Of a DNA stretch of 35,711 bases, positions 9,019-17,559 are shown one piece after another. The translations under genes and the position numbers were made by a program. Origin of the DNA: Dehalococcoidia bacterium (GTDB lineage: Bacteria; Chloroflexota; Dehalococcoidia; Dehalococcoidales; CSSed11-197); the NCBI GenBank assembly GCA_003552785.1, contig PUOQ01000035.1, positions 1 to 35,711 on the forward strand, written 5' to 3'. The notes below the pieces were generated by a model that had not been told where the DNA came from, did no database searches, and saw nothing but the letters and a program-made list of their open reading frames with translations. Position 1 is the stretch's first letter; each line of letters opens with the position of its first letter.

Positions 9019-9113
9019 ACTAATACCTATTACTAATATTATTAAACAACAAACTTGTGTGATATGTCAAACGGCTTCATTGCTCAAAGTACCTTACCAA
9101 AGACTGCATATGC

Positions 9114-9142
9114 TTGACAAACATTAAGCACAGGAATAAAAT
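9114..9142 (+). promoter_or_regulatory. Sigma-70-type promoter of the DUF5320/NifX/MinD-like cluster
   Basis: TTGACA (9114-9119), a 17-nt spacer, then TAAAAT (9137-9142). A second TATAAT lies at 9163-9168. Confidence 0.55.
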
Positions 9143-9143
9143 A

Positions 9144-9165
9144 ATAATGAGCATATGCTCATTAT
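9144..9165. promoter_or_regulatory. 22-bp perfect palindrome, putative Fur-family operator
   Basis: ATAATGAGCAT|ATGCTCATTAT is exactly self-complementary. The outer heptamers ATAATGA/TCATTAT match Fur-box half-sites. It lies immediately downstream of the -10 element and 33 nt upstream of the first cluster gene. Confidence 0.5.
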
Positions 9166-9198
9166 AATACCAATGAAGCGGGCAAGGAGGTGAACTAT

Positions 9199-9456
9199 AT
9201 GTTTAACAGAGAAGTAAACGCCAGGCATTTCAACCGGAGACTCGGAATGGGATTTGGCTTCAAGGGTTATTCCCCGCCATGGCCTTATACCGGGCGGGGT
9301 AGAGGTGGTTTGCCCAGATGCGAGTATTTCACAGGTGCCACCAGGAAACCCTTAAGCAGGCAGGATGAATTGAATGACCTGAAAAGCCGTGCAGAATTTC
9401 TGAAAAACGAGCTTAAAGATCTGGAAGCCGAAATACAATCACTAGCGGAAAAATAA
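9199..9456 (+). CDS. DUF5320-family protein (Gly/Arg-rich N-terminus plus C-terminal coiled coil)
   Basis: SD AAGGAGG lies 8 nt upstream of ATG 9199. GRGRGGLPRCEYF is followed by the heptad-like LNDLKSRAEFLKNELKDLEAEIQSLAEK. The family typically neighbours NifX-like and MinD-like genes. Confidence 0.65.
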   Translation: MFNREVNARHFNRRLGMGFGFKGYSPPWPYTGRGRGGLPRCEYFTGATRKPLSRQDELNDLKSRAEFLKNELKDLEAEIQSLAEK

Positions 9457-9475
9457 TAGTATTGGAGGAAAACAG

Positions 9476-9880
9476 GTGAAAATAGCCGTTTCTTCAACGG
9501 GTGCCAGCCTGAATTCGCAGATAGAGCCAAGATTTGGGCGGTGCGAACAATTTATCATAGTGGACCCTGAAACAATGCGTTTCGAGGTTATGGAAAACCC
9601 CGGCTCGATAGCCAGCGGGGGAGCGGGCATAACAACAGCCCAGGAAATTGCCCGGAAAGGCGCTGAAGCAGTTATTACGGGCCACTGTGGACCCAATGCC
9701 CACCGGGTATTGACTACAGCCGGGATAGACGTAATAACGGGGGTTTCGGGTACAGTACAGGAAGTTGTAACCGGGTATATAAGGGGCCAGTACACTCCAT
9801 CAGTCAACCCCAACGCCCCCGAACACTTCGGAGCTGGAGCCGGGTTTAAACGGGGTAAAGGGAAGGGCAGCAATTTATAA
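9476..9880 (+). CDS. NifB/NifX-family (dinitrogenase FeMo-cofactor-binding domain, COG1433) protein
   Basis: MKIAVSS...IEPRFGRCEQFIIVD...GGAGITTAQEIARKGAEAVITGHCGPNAHRVLTTAGIDV is typical of the Nitro_FeMo-Co domain. SD GGAGGA lies 6 nt upstream of the GTG start. Confidence 0.85.
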   Translation: MKIAVSSTGASLNSQIEPRFGRCEQFIIVDPETMRFEVMENPGSIASGGAGITTAQEIARKGAEAVITGHCGPNAHRVLTTAGIDVITGVSGTVQEVVTGYIRGQYTPSVNPNAPEHFGAGAGFKRGKGKGSNL

Positions 9881-9914
9881 TTGCCAGACATTTTAGAGGC
9901 AGATAACCACTACT

Positions 9915-10760
9915 ATGCTTATATCTATTGCCAGCGGTAAAGGCGGCACAGGCAAAACACTGGTAGCCACCAGCCTTGCCTGTGCCATCAAAGATACATA
10001 CAGTGTTGAGCTTATAGACTGTGATGTCGAAGAGCCGAATGCACACATTTTCATAAACCCCGAATTTACCGTTAGTGAAGTTGTAGAAACACCCGTACCC
10101 AAAATCGATGAGTCAAAGTGCAACCACTGCGCCAAATGCTCCAAAGCGTGTGTTTTTAACGCCATAGCGATACTCAATGAATCGGTTCTTACTTTTCCAG
10201 ATTTGTGTCATGGATGCGGGGTATGTGCCTTCGTCTGCGAAAGAAAGGCTATAACTGAAGTGCCGTATCGTACAGGCCTAATTGAAAAGGGCTATGCACC
10301 AGGCATAAAATTCAAGCAGGGCAAGCTTGATATAGGCAGGGCTATGGCAACACCAGTTATAAAAAAATTAAAGGAGGATGCAGGTAAAGAACAGGATGTA
10401 ACCTTTATTGACTCACCTCCGGGCACCTCCTGTTCAATGGTAGAGGCGGTAGATGCCAGTGATTTGTGCTTGCTGGTGACCGAATCCACCCCATTCGGGT
10501 TAAACGACCTTGAACTGGCCCTGCAAACCATTAACCAGCTGGGAGTTCCGGGGGCCGTTATAATAAACCGGGCCCGCCCTGAAGACAGAAGAGTCGAGCA
10601 GTACTGCCAGCAAAACCAGGTCCCAATTCTCATGCAGATACCACTGGATTACAGTATCGCCAGGTTATATTCAAAGGGTATAACCCTTGCCCTTGGTTCC
10701 CCACAGTGGCGAGAGAATTTCAGGCACCTTTTTGAAAAAACAAAGGAGCTTGTCAGGTGA
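9915..10760 (+). CDS. MinD/ParA-superfamily P-loop ATPase with inserted 2x[4Fe-4S] ferredoxin domain (COG1149-type)
   Basis: Deviant Walker A SGKGGTGKT. Two ferredoxin motifs, CNHCAKCSKAC and CHGCGVCAFVC, are inserted after it. Walker B-like region VTFIDSPPG. Confidence 0.85.
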   Translation: MLISIASGKGGTGKTLVATSLACAIKDTYSVELIDCDVEEPNAHIFINPEFTVSEVVETPVPKIDESKCNHCAKCSKACVFNAIAILNESVLTFPDLCHGCGVCAFVCERKAITEVPYRTGLIEKGYAPGIKFKQGKLDIGRAMATPVIKKLKEDAGKEQDVTFIDSPPGTSCSMVEAVDASDLCLLVTESTPFGLNDLELALQTINQLGVPGAVIINRARPEDRRVEQYCQQNQVPILMQIPLDYSIARLYSKGITLALGSPQWRENFRHLFEKTKELVR

Positions 10761-11611
10761 AGGAAATAGTCGTTCTAAGCGGTAAAGGCGGAACTGGAAA
10801 AACCTGTATAGCTGCCTCATTTGCGGTGCTTGCCAAAAACAAGGTGATGGCCGATTGTGACGTGGATGCTGCCAATCTTAACCTGCTGCTTGCCCATGAA
10901 ATCCTGGAAGAACATGAATTCCAAAGCGGACAGGTAGCCAGAATAAACGAGGCCAGTTGCCTGAGTTGCCGACTCTGCGAGCAGTACTGCCGCTTTGATG
11001 CCATTGATAACTGCCAGGTAGTCGAAACCAGGTGCGAGGGGTGTGGATTATGTTTGCTTGTTTGCCCGTTTGAAGCAGTAAGCATGCACCCCAATATTGC
11101 CGGCAAATGGTTTGTGTCAAACACCCGGTACGGAAAGTTTGTACATGCCCGCCTGGGCATTGCCCAGGGAAGTTCGGGCAAGCTTGTAGCCATGGTAAGG
11201 CAAAAAGCCAAAGACATCGCCGGGACAAACAGCGCCGAATATATAATAACAGACGGGCCGCCAGGCACCGGATGCCCGGCCATTTCTTCCCTGTCTGATG
11301 CTGACCTTGCCCTGCTGGTAACAGAACCAACCCTGACCGCACATCATGACCTGGAAAGAGTAGCAGGTTTATGCCGGCATTTTGGAGTCTCGCAGGCAGT
11401 ATGCATTAATAAGTGCGACTTAAACGAGAGTAACAGCCGGAGCATTGAAAAATATTGTGAAAAATTAAATATACCCGTAGTTGGTAGAATACCTGTAGAC
11501 GACAGCTTCACCAGGGCAGTGGAACAGGGCATCCCGGTTGTTGAATTCACCTGCAACAGCCCGGTGAAAGAAATAGAGAAGATGTGGGCTTTCTTAGATT
11601 CCAGGATCTAA
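10757..11611 (+). CDS. Second MinD/ParA-superfamily ATPase with inserted 2x[4Fe-4S] ferredoxin domain (COG1149-type)
   Basis: SGKGGTGKT, CLSCRLCEQYC, CEGCGLCLLVC and IITDGPPG motifs. The GTG start overlaps the preceding stop (GTGA), suggesting translational coupling. Confidence 0.85.
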   Translation: MKEIVVLSGKGGTGKTCIAASFAVLAKNKVMADCDVDAANLNLLLAHEILEEHEFQSGQVARINEASCLSCRLCEQYCRFDAIDNCQVVETRCEGCGLCLLVCPFEAVSMHPNIAGKWFVSNTRYGKFVHARLGIAQGSSGKLVAMVRQKAKDIAGTNSAEYIITDGPPGTGCPAISSLSDADLALLVTEPTLTAHHDLERVAGLCRHFGVSQAVCINKCDLNESNSRSIEKYCEKLNIPVVGRIPVDDSFTRAVEQGIPVVEFTCNSPVKEIEKMWAFLDSRI

Positions 11612-11670
11612 TGCGATGATACCTGATGATACATTTAATAAAAATATAATCAAAATAAACGGAGGAAGCT

Positions 11671-12036
11671 ATGAAATACGCCATACCCCTGACCAATAAA
11701 AGAGTATCACCCCATTTCGGCCACTGTGAACAATTTGCCATAATTGAGGTTGATGAAAGCACAAAGGAAATAACAGGAAAGGAAATGGTTACACCGCCTC
11801 CGCACCAGCCCGGAGTGCTGCCCAAGTGGCTGGCAGGTTATAATGTTTCGGCCATAATAGCCGGGGGCATGGGGCTTCGTGCCAGAGAACTTTTCAAAAG
11901 CAATAATATTGACGTTATCACCGGTGCCACCGGAATAGAACCGGAAAAAGCAGCCAGAGATTATTTGCAAGGCACTCTTCAAACCGGAGATAACACATGT
12001 GATCACGGAAACGGGCACCATACCTGCAACCACTGA
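11671..12036 (+). CDS. NifB/NifX-family (COG1433) protein with Cys/His-rich C-terminal tail
   Basis: MKYAIPL...VSPHFGHCEQFAIIEVD...IAGGMG...IDVITG domain. The tail is TCDHGNGHHTCNH. SD GGAGGA precedes the ATG. Confidence 0.85.
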   Translation: MKYAIPLTNKRVSPHFGHCEQFAIIEVDESTKEITGKEMVTPPPHQPGVLPKWLAGYNVSAIIAGGMGLRARELFKSNNIDVITGATGIEPEKAARDYLQGTLQTGDNTCDHGNGHHTCNH

Positions 12037-12070
12037 TACATTTTTAAAAAATTCAGCGAAAGGTTAAAGC

Positions 12071-13069
12071 ATGACAGACAAGAGCCTGGTTAAACAAAAA
12101 CTGGAAAACCTGGTACTGCCCAATGCAAAACGGAGCATTACCGAACTCAACCTGGTACGGGAAATAAGTATAGATGATGCCGGGGTAAACGTCACCCTGG
12201 CATCGACAACCATGCTACCCAAGCTCCAGGACTGGTTAAAAAAGAAAGTAACCGAAACCATCAAGGAAATAAACGGCGTAAAAGAAGTAAACATCAAATA
12301 CTGTGACTGCAAAACTGGAGAACTCAACAACATAAAACAAACACTGGCAGTCATGAGCGGTAAGGGGGGTGTCGGCAAATCCCTGGTAACCGGCCTGGTT
12401 GCAGTAGCTCTCAAAAAGCAGGGCTACCAGGTTGGCATCCTGGATGCCGACATCACCGGACCTTCAATTCCTAAAATGTTTGGCGTAAATTCTCCGCCCA
12501 GTGGCAGCGACACCGGTATTTTGCCCGTTGTTTCAGAAACAGGCATTCCTCTAATGTCTATAAATCTCATCCTGCCCGATGAAGGGGAAGCCGTCATCTG
12601 GCGGGGCCCAATGATTGCCAATGCCATAAAACAGTTTCACGATGATGTCCTCTGGGGAAACCTGGACTATCTGGTTGTGGACCTGCCGCCGGGTACTGCG
12701 GATGCACCCTTAACGGTAATGCAATCATTCCCCATTTCTGGCGTGATTATAGTATTTACGCCCCAGGATCTGGTGGATATGATAGTTAAAAAAGCCCTGA
12801 ACATGGCCAGGAAAATGGATAAAAAGGTGCTGGGCGTGGTTGAAAATATGAGCTACCTGTATGTCCCGGAGCTGGATAAAAACATCGAAATATTCGGTGA
12901 AAGCCGCGGTGAAACAATGTCTGAAGCTGCCAAAGCCCCTCTGCTGGGCCAGATACCCATAGACCCTGAACTGGCAAAGCTTTGTGACGCAGGAAGCATA
13001 GAAGAATACGATGGAGAGGTTGTGCGTAATTTAAGTGAAAAATTAAAACAGGAGCTATCAGTCCAGTAA
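12071..13069 (+). CDS. Mrp/NBP35/ApbC-family P-loop ATPase lacking the conserved CxxC cluster-ligand motif
   Basis: N-terminal DUF59-like domain, Walker A SGKGGVGKS and DLPPGT motif. ENMSYLYVPELDKNIEIFG sits where family members have ENMS..xCxxCxxxxxIFG. Confidence 0.85.
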   Translation: MTDKSLVKQKLENLVLPNAKRSITELNLVREISIDDAGVNVTLASTTMLPKLQDWLKKKVTETIKEINGVKEVNIKYCDCKTGELNNIKQTLAVMSGKGGVGKSLVTGLVAVALKKQGYQVGILDADITGPSIPKMFGVNSPPSGSDTGILPVVSETGIPLMSINLILPDEGEAVIWRGPMIANAIKQFHDDVLWGNLDYLVVDLPPGTADAPLTVMQSFPISGVIIVFTPQDLVDMIVKKALNMARKMDKKVLGVVENMSYLYVPELDKNIEIFGESRGETMSEAAKAPLLGQIPIDPELAKLCDAGSIEEYDGEVVRNLSEKLKQELSVQ

Positions 13070-13085
13070 TATTTCAACCTCAACC

Positions 13086-14426
13086 TTATCCAAAGCGTAA
13101 CGCATATGTGTCAATATCGAATTTGCGCTTTAGCCCCCGGGCATTCATATAACGAACACTGCCAAACACCGGCCGGGCAGCCCATGGGCGGTCGTGCTTT
13201 CCAAAACACCAGGCCACCCCTGCATAACTATTGGGGTCACGCCCGTCCAGTTGATATTTGTTATTAAGGTAAATACAGCGCCTGAAAGCTTCCACGGGCT
13301 CAGCACTCCACTCTATAATCTTTTTCCCCCAGTACATACGCATATAACCATGCATTTTTCCAGTTAGCACCATTTCCTTCTGGGCGGCATTCCAATACTG
13401 GTCATGGGTTTTGGCTTTTTCCAGCTCTTCCAGTGAATAAATATATTCCCTGGAATCAATTTCCCGCTCTCTTAAAACCCTGCTGGCCCATGCCGGCAAT
13501 CCATGGAAAGAGTGGTAATTTGAATTATAGTATACAAAATTCATACTCAGCTCGCGCCTTACAATCAACTCTTCCAGATAAGCCTCGGTTCCGGGGGATG
13601 CAACGCGGGCAACTTCAAGTGCAACAGCAAGCGGTGATATCTGGCCAAAATGCAGGTATGGGCTCATGCCTGAAAGTACATCCCGCACCGGGTCGTTTCT
13701 AAACCTGGAGTAGCTGTCCAGCCTTTGCTCAATGAAATTCCGCAGAATTGTTTTAGCCGTAGTGTTGCCACCGGTAAGCAAATCAACACTCATTACACTC
13801 ATGTCGATATCCAGGGTTTTTAATAATTCATTTGTGTTTTTTAATAAGAGGCCTTCAAATTCCATTGATAGAGATGAATTTTTTGGGGCTCTTGCCTCCA
13901 GAGGTGCCAGGTATTGCGGCAGTTTTTTGTAAATCTTTGGCCTCAAAGTGGCAGCACTGTATTCCTCTTTCGAAGATGCCTCTTCAACCGGTACAACCAC
14001 GTCACTTTCTACCTGTAAACAAGGGGCTGAGATTTTACGAGATGCATGTTTGCGCCATCTTCGCTGAAAGGCAAGATAACCCCGGTCACAGACAACCAGA
14101 GCTGCATTTTCTGACATCTTTACAGCCCCCTCGTCCGGAGGCTCTTGCCGGACTACCATTTTAATTCCGCACTGCTCCAGGCTTGCCTTTACTTCTTCCA
14201 AGCCCTGCAACATGAAAAGGTAATATCTAAGATTGGCTTCGGGGTAATTGCAGGTAAGGCCAAAGTATACTACAAGGGGCAAATTCAACTCATCAGCTTT
14301 CCGGACGGCAAACTCAAGAGCGTGATTATACTCTGAGCGCTGAGAAGCCTGCATCCAATAAAGTACATAACTGCCGCCGGTGACTTTTTTTGTATTCAGC
14401 AGCTTGATTCTGCCGGCTTGAATCAA
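13086..14426 (-). CDS. phr: Deoxyribodipyrimidine (CPD) photolyase, class II
   Basis: N-terminus YVLYWMQASQRSEYNHAL and C-terminus RYMNARGLKRKFDIDTY are typical of class II photolyases. TTG start with SD GGAGG 7 nt upstream. Confidence 0.88.
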   Translation of the reverse strand: MIQAGRIKLLNTKKVTGGSYVLYWMQASQRSEYNHALEFAVRKADELNLPLVVYFGLTCNYPEANLRYYLFMLQGLEEVKASLEQCGIKMVVRQEPPDEGAVKMSENAALVVCDRGYLAFQRRWRKHASRKISAPCLQVESDVVVPVEEASSKEEYSAATLRPKIYKKLPQYLAPLEARAPKNSSLSMEFEGLLLKNTNELLKTLDIDMSVMSVDLLTGGNTTAKTILRNFIEQRLDSYSRFRNDPVRDVLSGMSPYLHFGQISPLAVALEVARVASPGTEAYLEELIVRRELSMNFVYYNSNYHSFHGLPAWASRVLREREIDSREYIYSLEELEKAKTHDQYWNAAQKEMVLTGKMHGYMRMYWGKKIIEWSAEPVEAFRRCIYLNNKYQLDGRDPNSYAGVAWCFGKHDRPWAARPVFGSVRYMNARGLKRKFDIDTYALRFG

Positions 14427-14752
14427 TTCACTGCCTCCAGGTTAGGCATCAAGCTTACCACCTTTCACGGAGTGGTCTTGATGCGCTTCTCAGCAACCAG
14501 GTTCCCCATGATGGCCACAACAACTCTGGCGCTTTATTATTTTTATCATGTTATTACGAAGTACTAAATAGAGCTTTCTATGAAGAGGCATCGGCGCCCC
14601 CATATTTGTAAAAATGCTCTTTATATTCACCATATGCGCACCTGGCAAAGTAAATGCTACTCATTTTAGCATAGAATAAATGGATGATAACCAAAATGGT
14701 TGCGAATTTTTATTATAAGCTTATAGACTTATATTTATGGAGGTGGATAAAC

Positions 14753-15100
14753 ATGAAAATAACAAACCTTGAAAAAACTCCGGCAACCAGGATGAACATG
14801 AAAGGCGCCATTAATGTTACCAGGCAGATACCTATCTCAAGCCGGGACGGCTCACCTTCTTTCGCATTTCGTGTATTTACCATAGAACCCGGGGGCAACA
14901 CACCTTTTCACCAGCATCATTACGAACACTTAAACTACGTCATTCAAGGCAGCGGCAAACTAAAAACCGCCAGCGGGGAATACACGGTAACCAGGGGCGA
15001 CTTCATGCTGGTACAGCCAAACGAAACTCACCAATACGTAAACACAGACACTTCTACTTCCCTGGTTATTATTTGTGGAGTTCCCGTAGAATACGAATAA
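14753..15100 (+). CDS. Cupin-domain protein
   Basis: Cupin motif 1 is PFHQHHYEHLNYVIQGSG and motif 2 is GDFMLVQPNETHQYVN. SD GGAGGTGG precedes ATG 14753. The track ORF start at 14684 lacks an SD. Confidence 0.75.
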   Translation: MKITNLEKTPATRMNMKGAINVTRQIPISSRDGSPSFAFRVFTIEPGGNTPFHQHHYEHLNYVIQGSGKLKTASGEYTVTRGDFMLVQPNETHQYVNTDTSTSLVIICGVPVEYE

Positions 15101-15215
15101 AGGGTAAGTGGAAAAAGCGCTCAAGCCATGAGAAAAAATCTCCTGCACCCGGGCAACAAACCTTTCTGCCTTCAGTATTTGCCGGTTTCAATGCTTAACC
15201 TTTAAACTATACCAA

Positions 15216-15818
15216 ATGGCAAAGCCAGAGCATATTATACCTGATGATTATGAGCCGGGAGGCTACTGGCAATTAAAGTTGACGGGGCTGTCTCTTATCA
15301 GCACAGTAGCCGGAATGTTTGTGATATTCGCACTAAGCATTCTATTCGGAACTGTAGCCAGAGGAGTTGCCCGCGGCGAATGGGAGGGGCAGGTAACCAT
15401 CGAGGGCTTCGGTTTCATCGCCATTGTAATCGGTGCCGTCCTGGCAGTTGTGATCCTGCATGAAGTTATCCATGCAGCTCTTTTTCTTATTTTCGGGGCC
15501 AGGCCGCGCTTCGGGTTTAAAACCCTGGGCAAATATTTTGCTGCGGCTTACACAACAACAGACATTCCCATTTCAAGAAACCGGTATCTGGTAGTATGCC
15601 TGGGGCCTTTCATAATTATAACACTGGCCTGTCTGGCAGCCGTCGTGGTAGCCGGCCCGGACAGCATCGTTCTAGTAGCCCTGCTGGTGCTGGGTATGAA
15701 TGCCGGAGGTTCGCTGGGAGACTTTATAATTGCCAGAAAACTTCTGGCGCATAAATCAGGCACCCTGTTTCAAGACAGGGAAGACGGATTCGCCTGGTAT
15801 AACAAGAAAAACGCCTGA
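15216..15818 (+). CDS. DUF3267-like membrane protein (putative zincin-type HExxH motif)
   Basis: Four or five predicted TM segments. HEVIHA motif at the end of a TM helix. Confidence 0.6.
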   Translation: MAKPEHIIPDDYEPGGYWQLKLTGLSLISTVAGMFVIFALSILFGTVARGVARGEWEGQVTIEGFGFIAIVIGAVLAVVILHEVIHAALFLIFGARPRFGFKTLGKYFAAAYTTTDIPISRNRYLVVCLGPFIIITLACLAAVVVAGPDSIVLVALLVLGMNAGGSLGDFIIARKLLAHKSGTLFQDREDGFAWYNKKNA

Positions 15819-15871
15819 CTTAATCAAACCGTCGAGCCTTGCCTCTGGTGCCATTACATCATGTGTGATAA

Positions 15872-16270
15872 TTATCCTTTATCCGGCGGGGGATAAGAAC
15901 CGTCTTCATCATGCACTTCATCACCCCTCAGCGCCGGGTAAAAAACACACACCATACGCATATCTGCAGTTCCACCCCGTAAAATATGCTTATCGTTTTT
16001 ATCCAGTGCATACAATACACCGGGTTCAATCTGATGGATAATACCAGTGGCAAGGTCTTCTATTTGGCCATTTCCAGAAATACAATAAACAGCTTCCAAA
16101 TGGTTCTTATACCACAGGTGATTCACCGAGCCGGCTTTTATAATGGTGTCATTCATGGAAAACCCCATATTGTCATCCCGGGTAAGAAGCCGGCGGCTTT
16201 CCCAGTTGCCATTTGGCGCCCTGACTTCACTGGCGGTGCCCAAAATATCTTTAAGATTGCGTATTATCAA
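15872..16270 (-). CDS. ectC: L-ectoine synthase
   Basis: [12 protein letters not shown]...WESRRLL...[12 protein letters not shown]...[19 protein letters not shown] is collinear with EctC cupins. It is the last gene of the ectABC order. Confidence 0.92.
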   Translation of the reverse strand: MIIRNLKDILGTASEVRAPNGNWESRRLLTRDDNMGFSMNDTIIKAGSVNHLWYKNHLEAVYCISGNGQIEDLATGIIHQIEPGVLYALDKNDKHILRGGTADMRMVCVFYPALRGDEVHDEDGSYPPPDKG

Positions 16271-17546
16271 TTATATCCATACCTCCATTGCCATTGTTTT
16301 GTGCTTCAAGCAGTGCCCCGATTGATTCATCGATAATATCCAGGCCTTTGACCAGGAGCTCCTCTTCAATTACCAGCGGCGGTAGAATTTTTACTACATT
16401 ATCCCTTGCTCCGGATAATTCGATAACCAGGTTACGGTTGAAGCATTCCCTGGAAACCTGTGCCGCCAGGCCTTTAGCCCCGATATCCAGCCCGTATATC
16501 ATTCCCCTGCCTCGAACCTGGCAATCAAGTTCTTTGTATTTTTCCGCCATGGCGGTAAGCTTGTCACAAATTATTTTTTCACTTGATTTTATGTAATTAG
16601 CAAGTTCATCGGTTTCCCAAAAGGAAATGAGTTCAGAAGCAGCTACAAAAGCAAGGTTGTTGCCCCGGAAAGTGCCGGTGTGTTCACCCGCACGCCACTG
16701 ATCAAGCTCGGGCTTGAACAAAAGCAGCGCAAGCGGCAGGCCTCCGCCTATTGATTTGGAAAGAACAATGATATCGGGTGAAATACCGGATTCCTCAAAG
16801 CTGAAGAAAGTCCCGGTGCGGCCGTTACCGACCTGTATATCATCTACAATCAATAAAATATCGAAATCGCGGCAAATTCTTTCTATTTCCAGAAGCCATT
16901 CGCTACTGGCCACATTAATGCCACCTTCAGCCTGGACAGTCTCCAGTATAATGGCTGCCGGCAAATCAACTCCGCTGCTCATATCCTCGAGAAATTTTCG
17001 TAAATAGGCTGCCGTATTCACATCGGGTCCAAAATAGCCATCATAAGGAACAAACGAAACATTGGTGCGGTTTATAAAAGACTCGTCCCGGTAAAAAGCG
17101 TTGCCGGTTATAGCAATAGAGCCCATAGTTAAGCCGTGAAAACCATTGGTAAAAGCGATTACATTTGAGCGCCCTTTTACCATCCGTGCCAGTTTTAAAG
17201 CGGTTTCGACTGCGTTGGTTCCTGTAGGCCCGGTAAACTGGACCTTGTATTCCATGTAGCGTGGTTGAAGAATATCGTAGTACAGCCTTTCAAGAAAACG
17301 TTTTTTGGCACTGGTAGCCTGGTCAAGGCCGTGCATAACGCCATCTTTCTGAATATACTCGATGAGCGCTCGGTTAACAGTGGGATTGTTGTGCCCGTAA
17401 TTCAATACCCCTGCACCGGCAAAAAAGTCTATATATTCTTTGCCCTGTTCATCACAGAGAACGGCTCCTTTGGATGTAGCAAAAATGGTAGGAAAAGCCC
17501 TTACATAACTTCTTACCTGTGATTCAAACTGATCAAATATCCGCAT
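16251..17546 (-). CDS. ectB: Diaminobutyrate--2-oxoglutarate transaminase
   Basis: [13 protein letters not shown]...[15 protein letters not shown] at the N-terminus. PLP-lysine region VLSKSIGGG. Lies between ectA and ectC and overlaps ectC by 20 nt. Confidence 0.92.
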   Translation of the reverse strand: MRIFDQFESQVRSYVRAFPTIFATSKGAVLCDEQGKEYIDFFAGAGVLNYGHNNPTVNRALIEYIQKDGVMHGLDQATSAKKRFLERLYYDILQPRYMEYKVQFTGPTGTNAVETALKLARMVKGRSNVIAFTNGFHGLTMGSIAITGNAFYRDESFINRTNVSFVPYDGYFGPDVNTAAYLRKFLEDMSSGVDLPAAIILETVQAEGGINVASSEWLLEIERICRDFDILLIVDDIQVGNGRTGTFFSFEESGISPDIIVLSKSIGGGLPLALLLFKPELDQWRAGEHTGTFRGNNLAFVAASELISFWETDELANYIKSSEKIICDKLTAMAEKYKELDCQVRGRGMIYGLDIGAKGLAAQVSRECFNRNLVIELSGARDNVVKILPPLVIEEELLVKGLDIIDESIGALLEAQNNGNGGMDIIDNTQS

Positions 17547-17559
17547 AATTTTTCTCCTT

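Noticed and set aside
9476-12036. Interpreting the NifX-like genes as part of a nitrogen-fixation (nif) locus
   Set aside because: No nifH, nifD, nifK, nifE, nifN or nifB genes are adjacent. The FeMo-cofactor-binding-domain fold is widespread in non-diazotrophs, next to MinD-ferredoxin ATPases.
14448-14486. Imperfect hairpin GCATCAAG...CTTGATGC (with inner ACCAC/GTGGT) in the 325-bp photolyase/cupin intergenic region, considered as a riboswitch or small RNA
   Set aside because: It is short, has no flanking conserved motif that I recognise, and has no U-tract. It could be a leader structure for phr, but the evidence is too thin to call.
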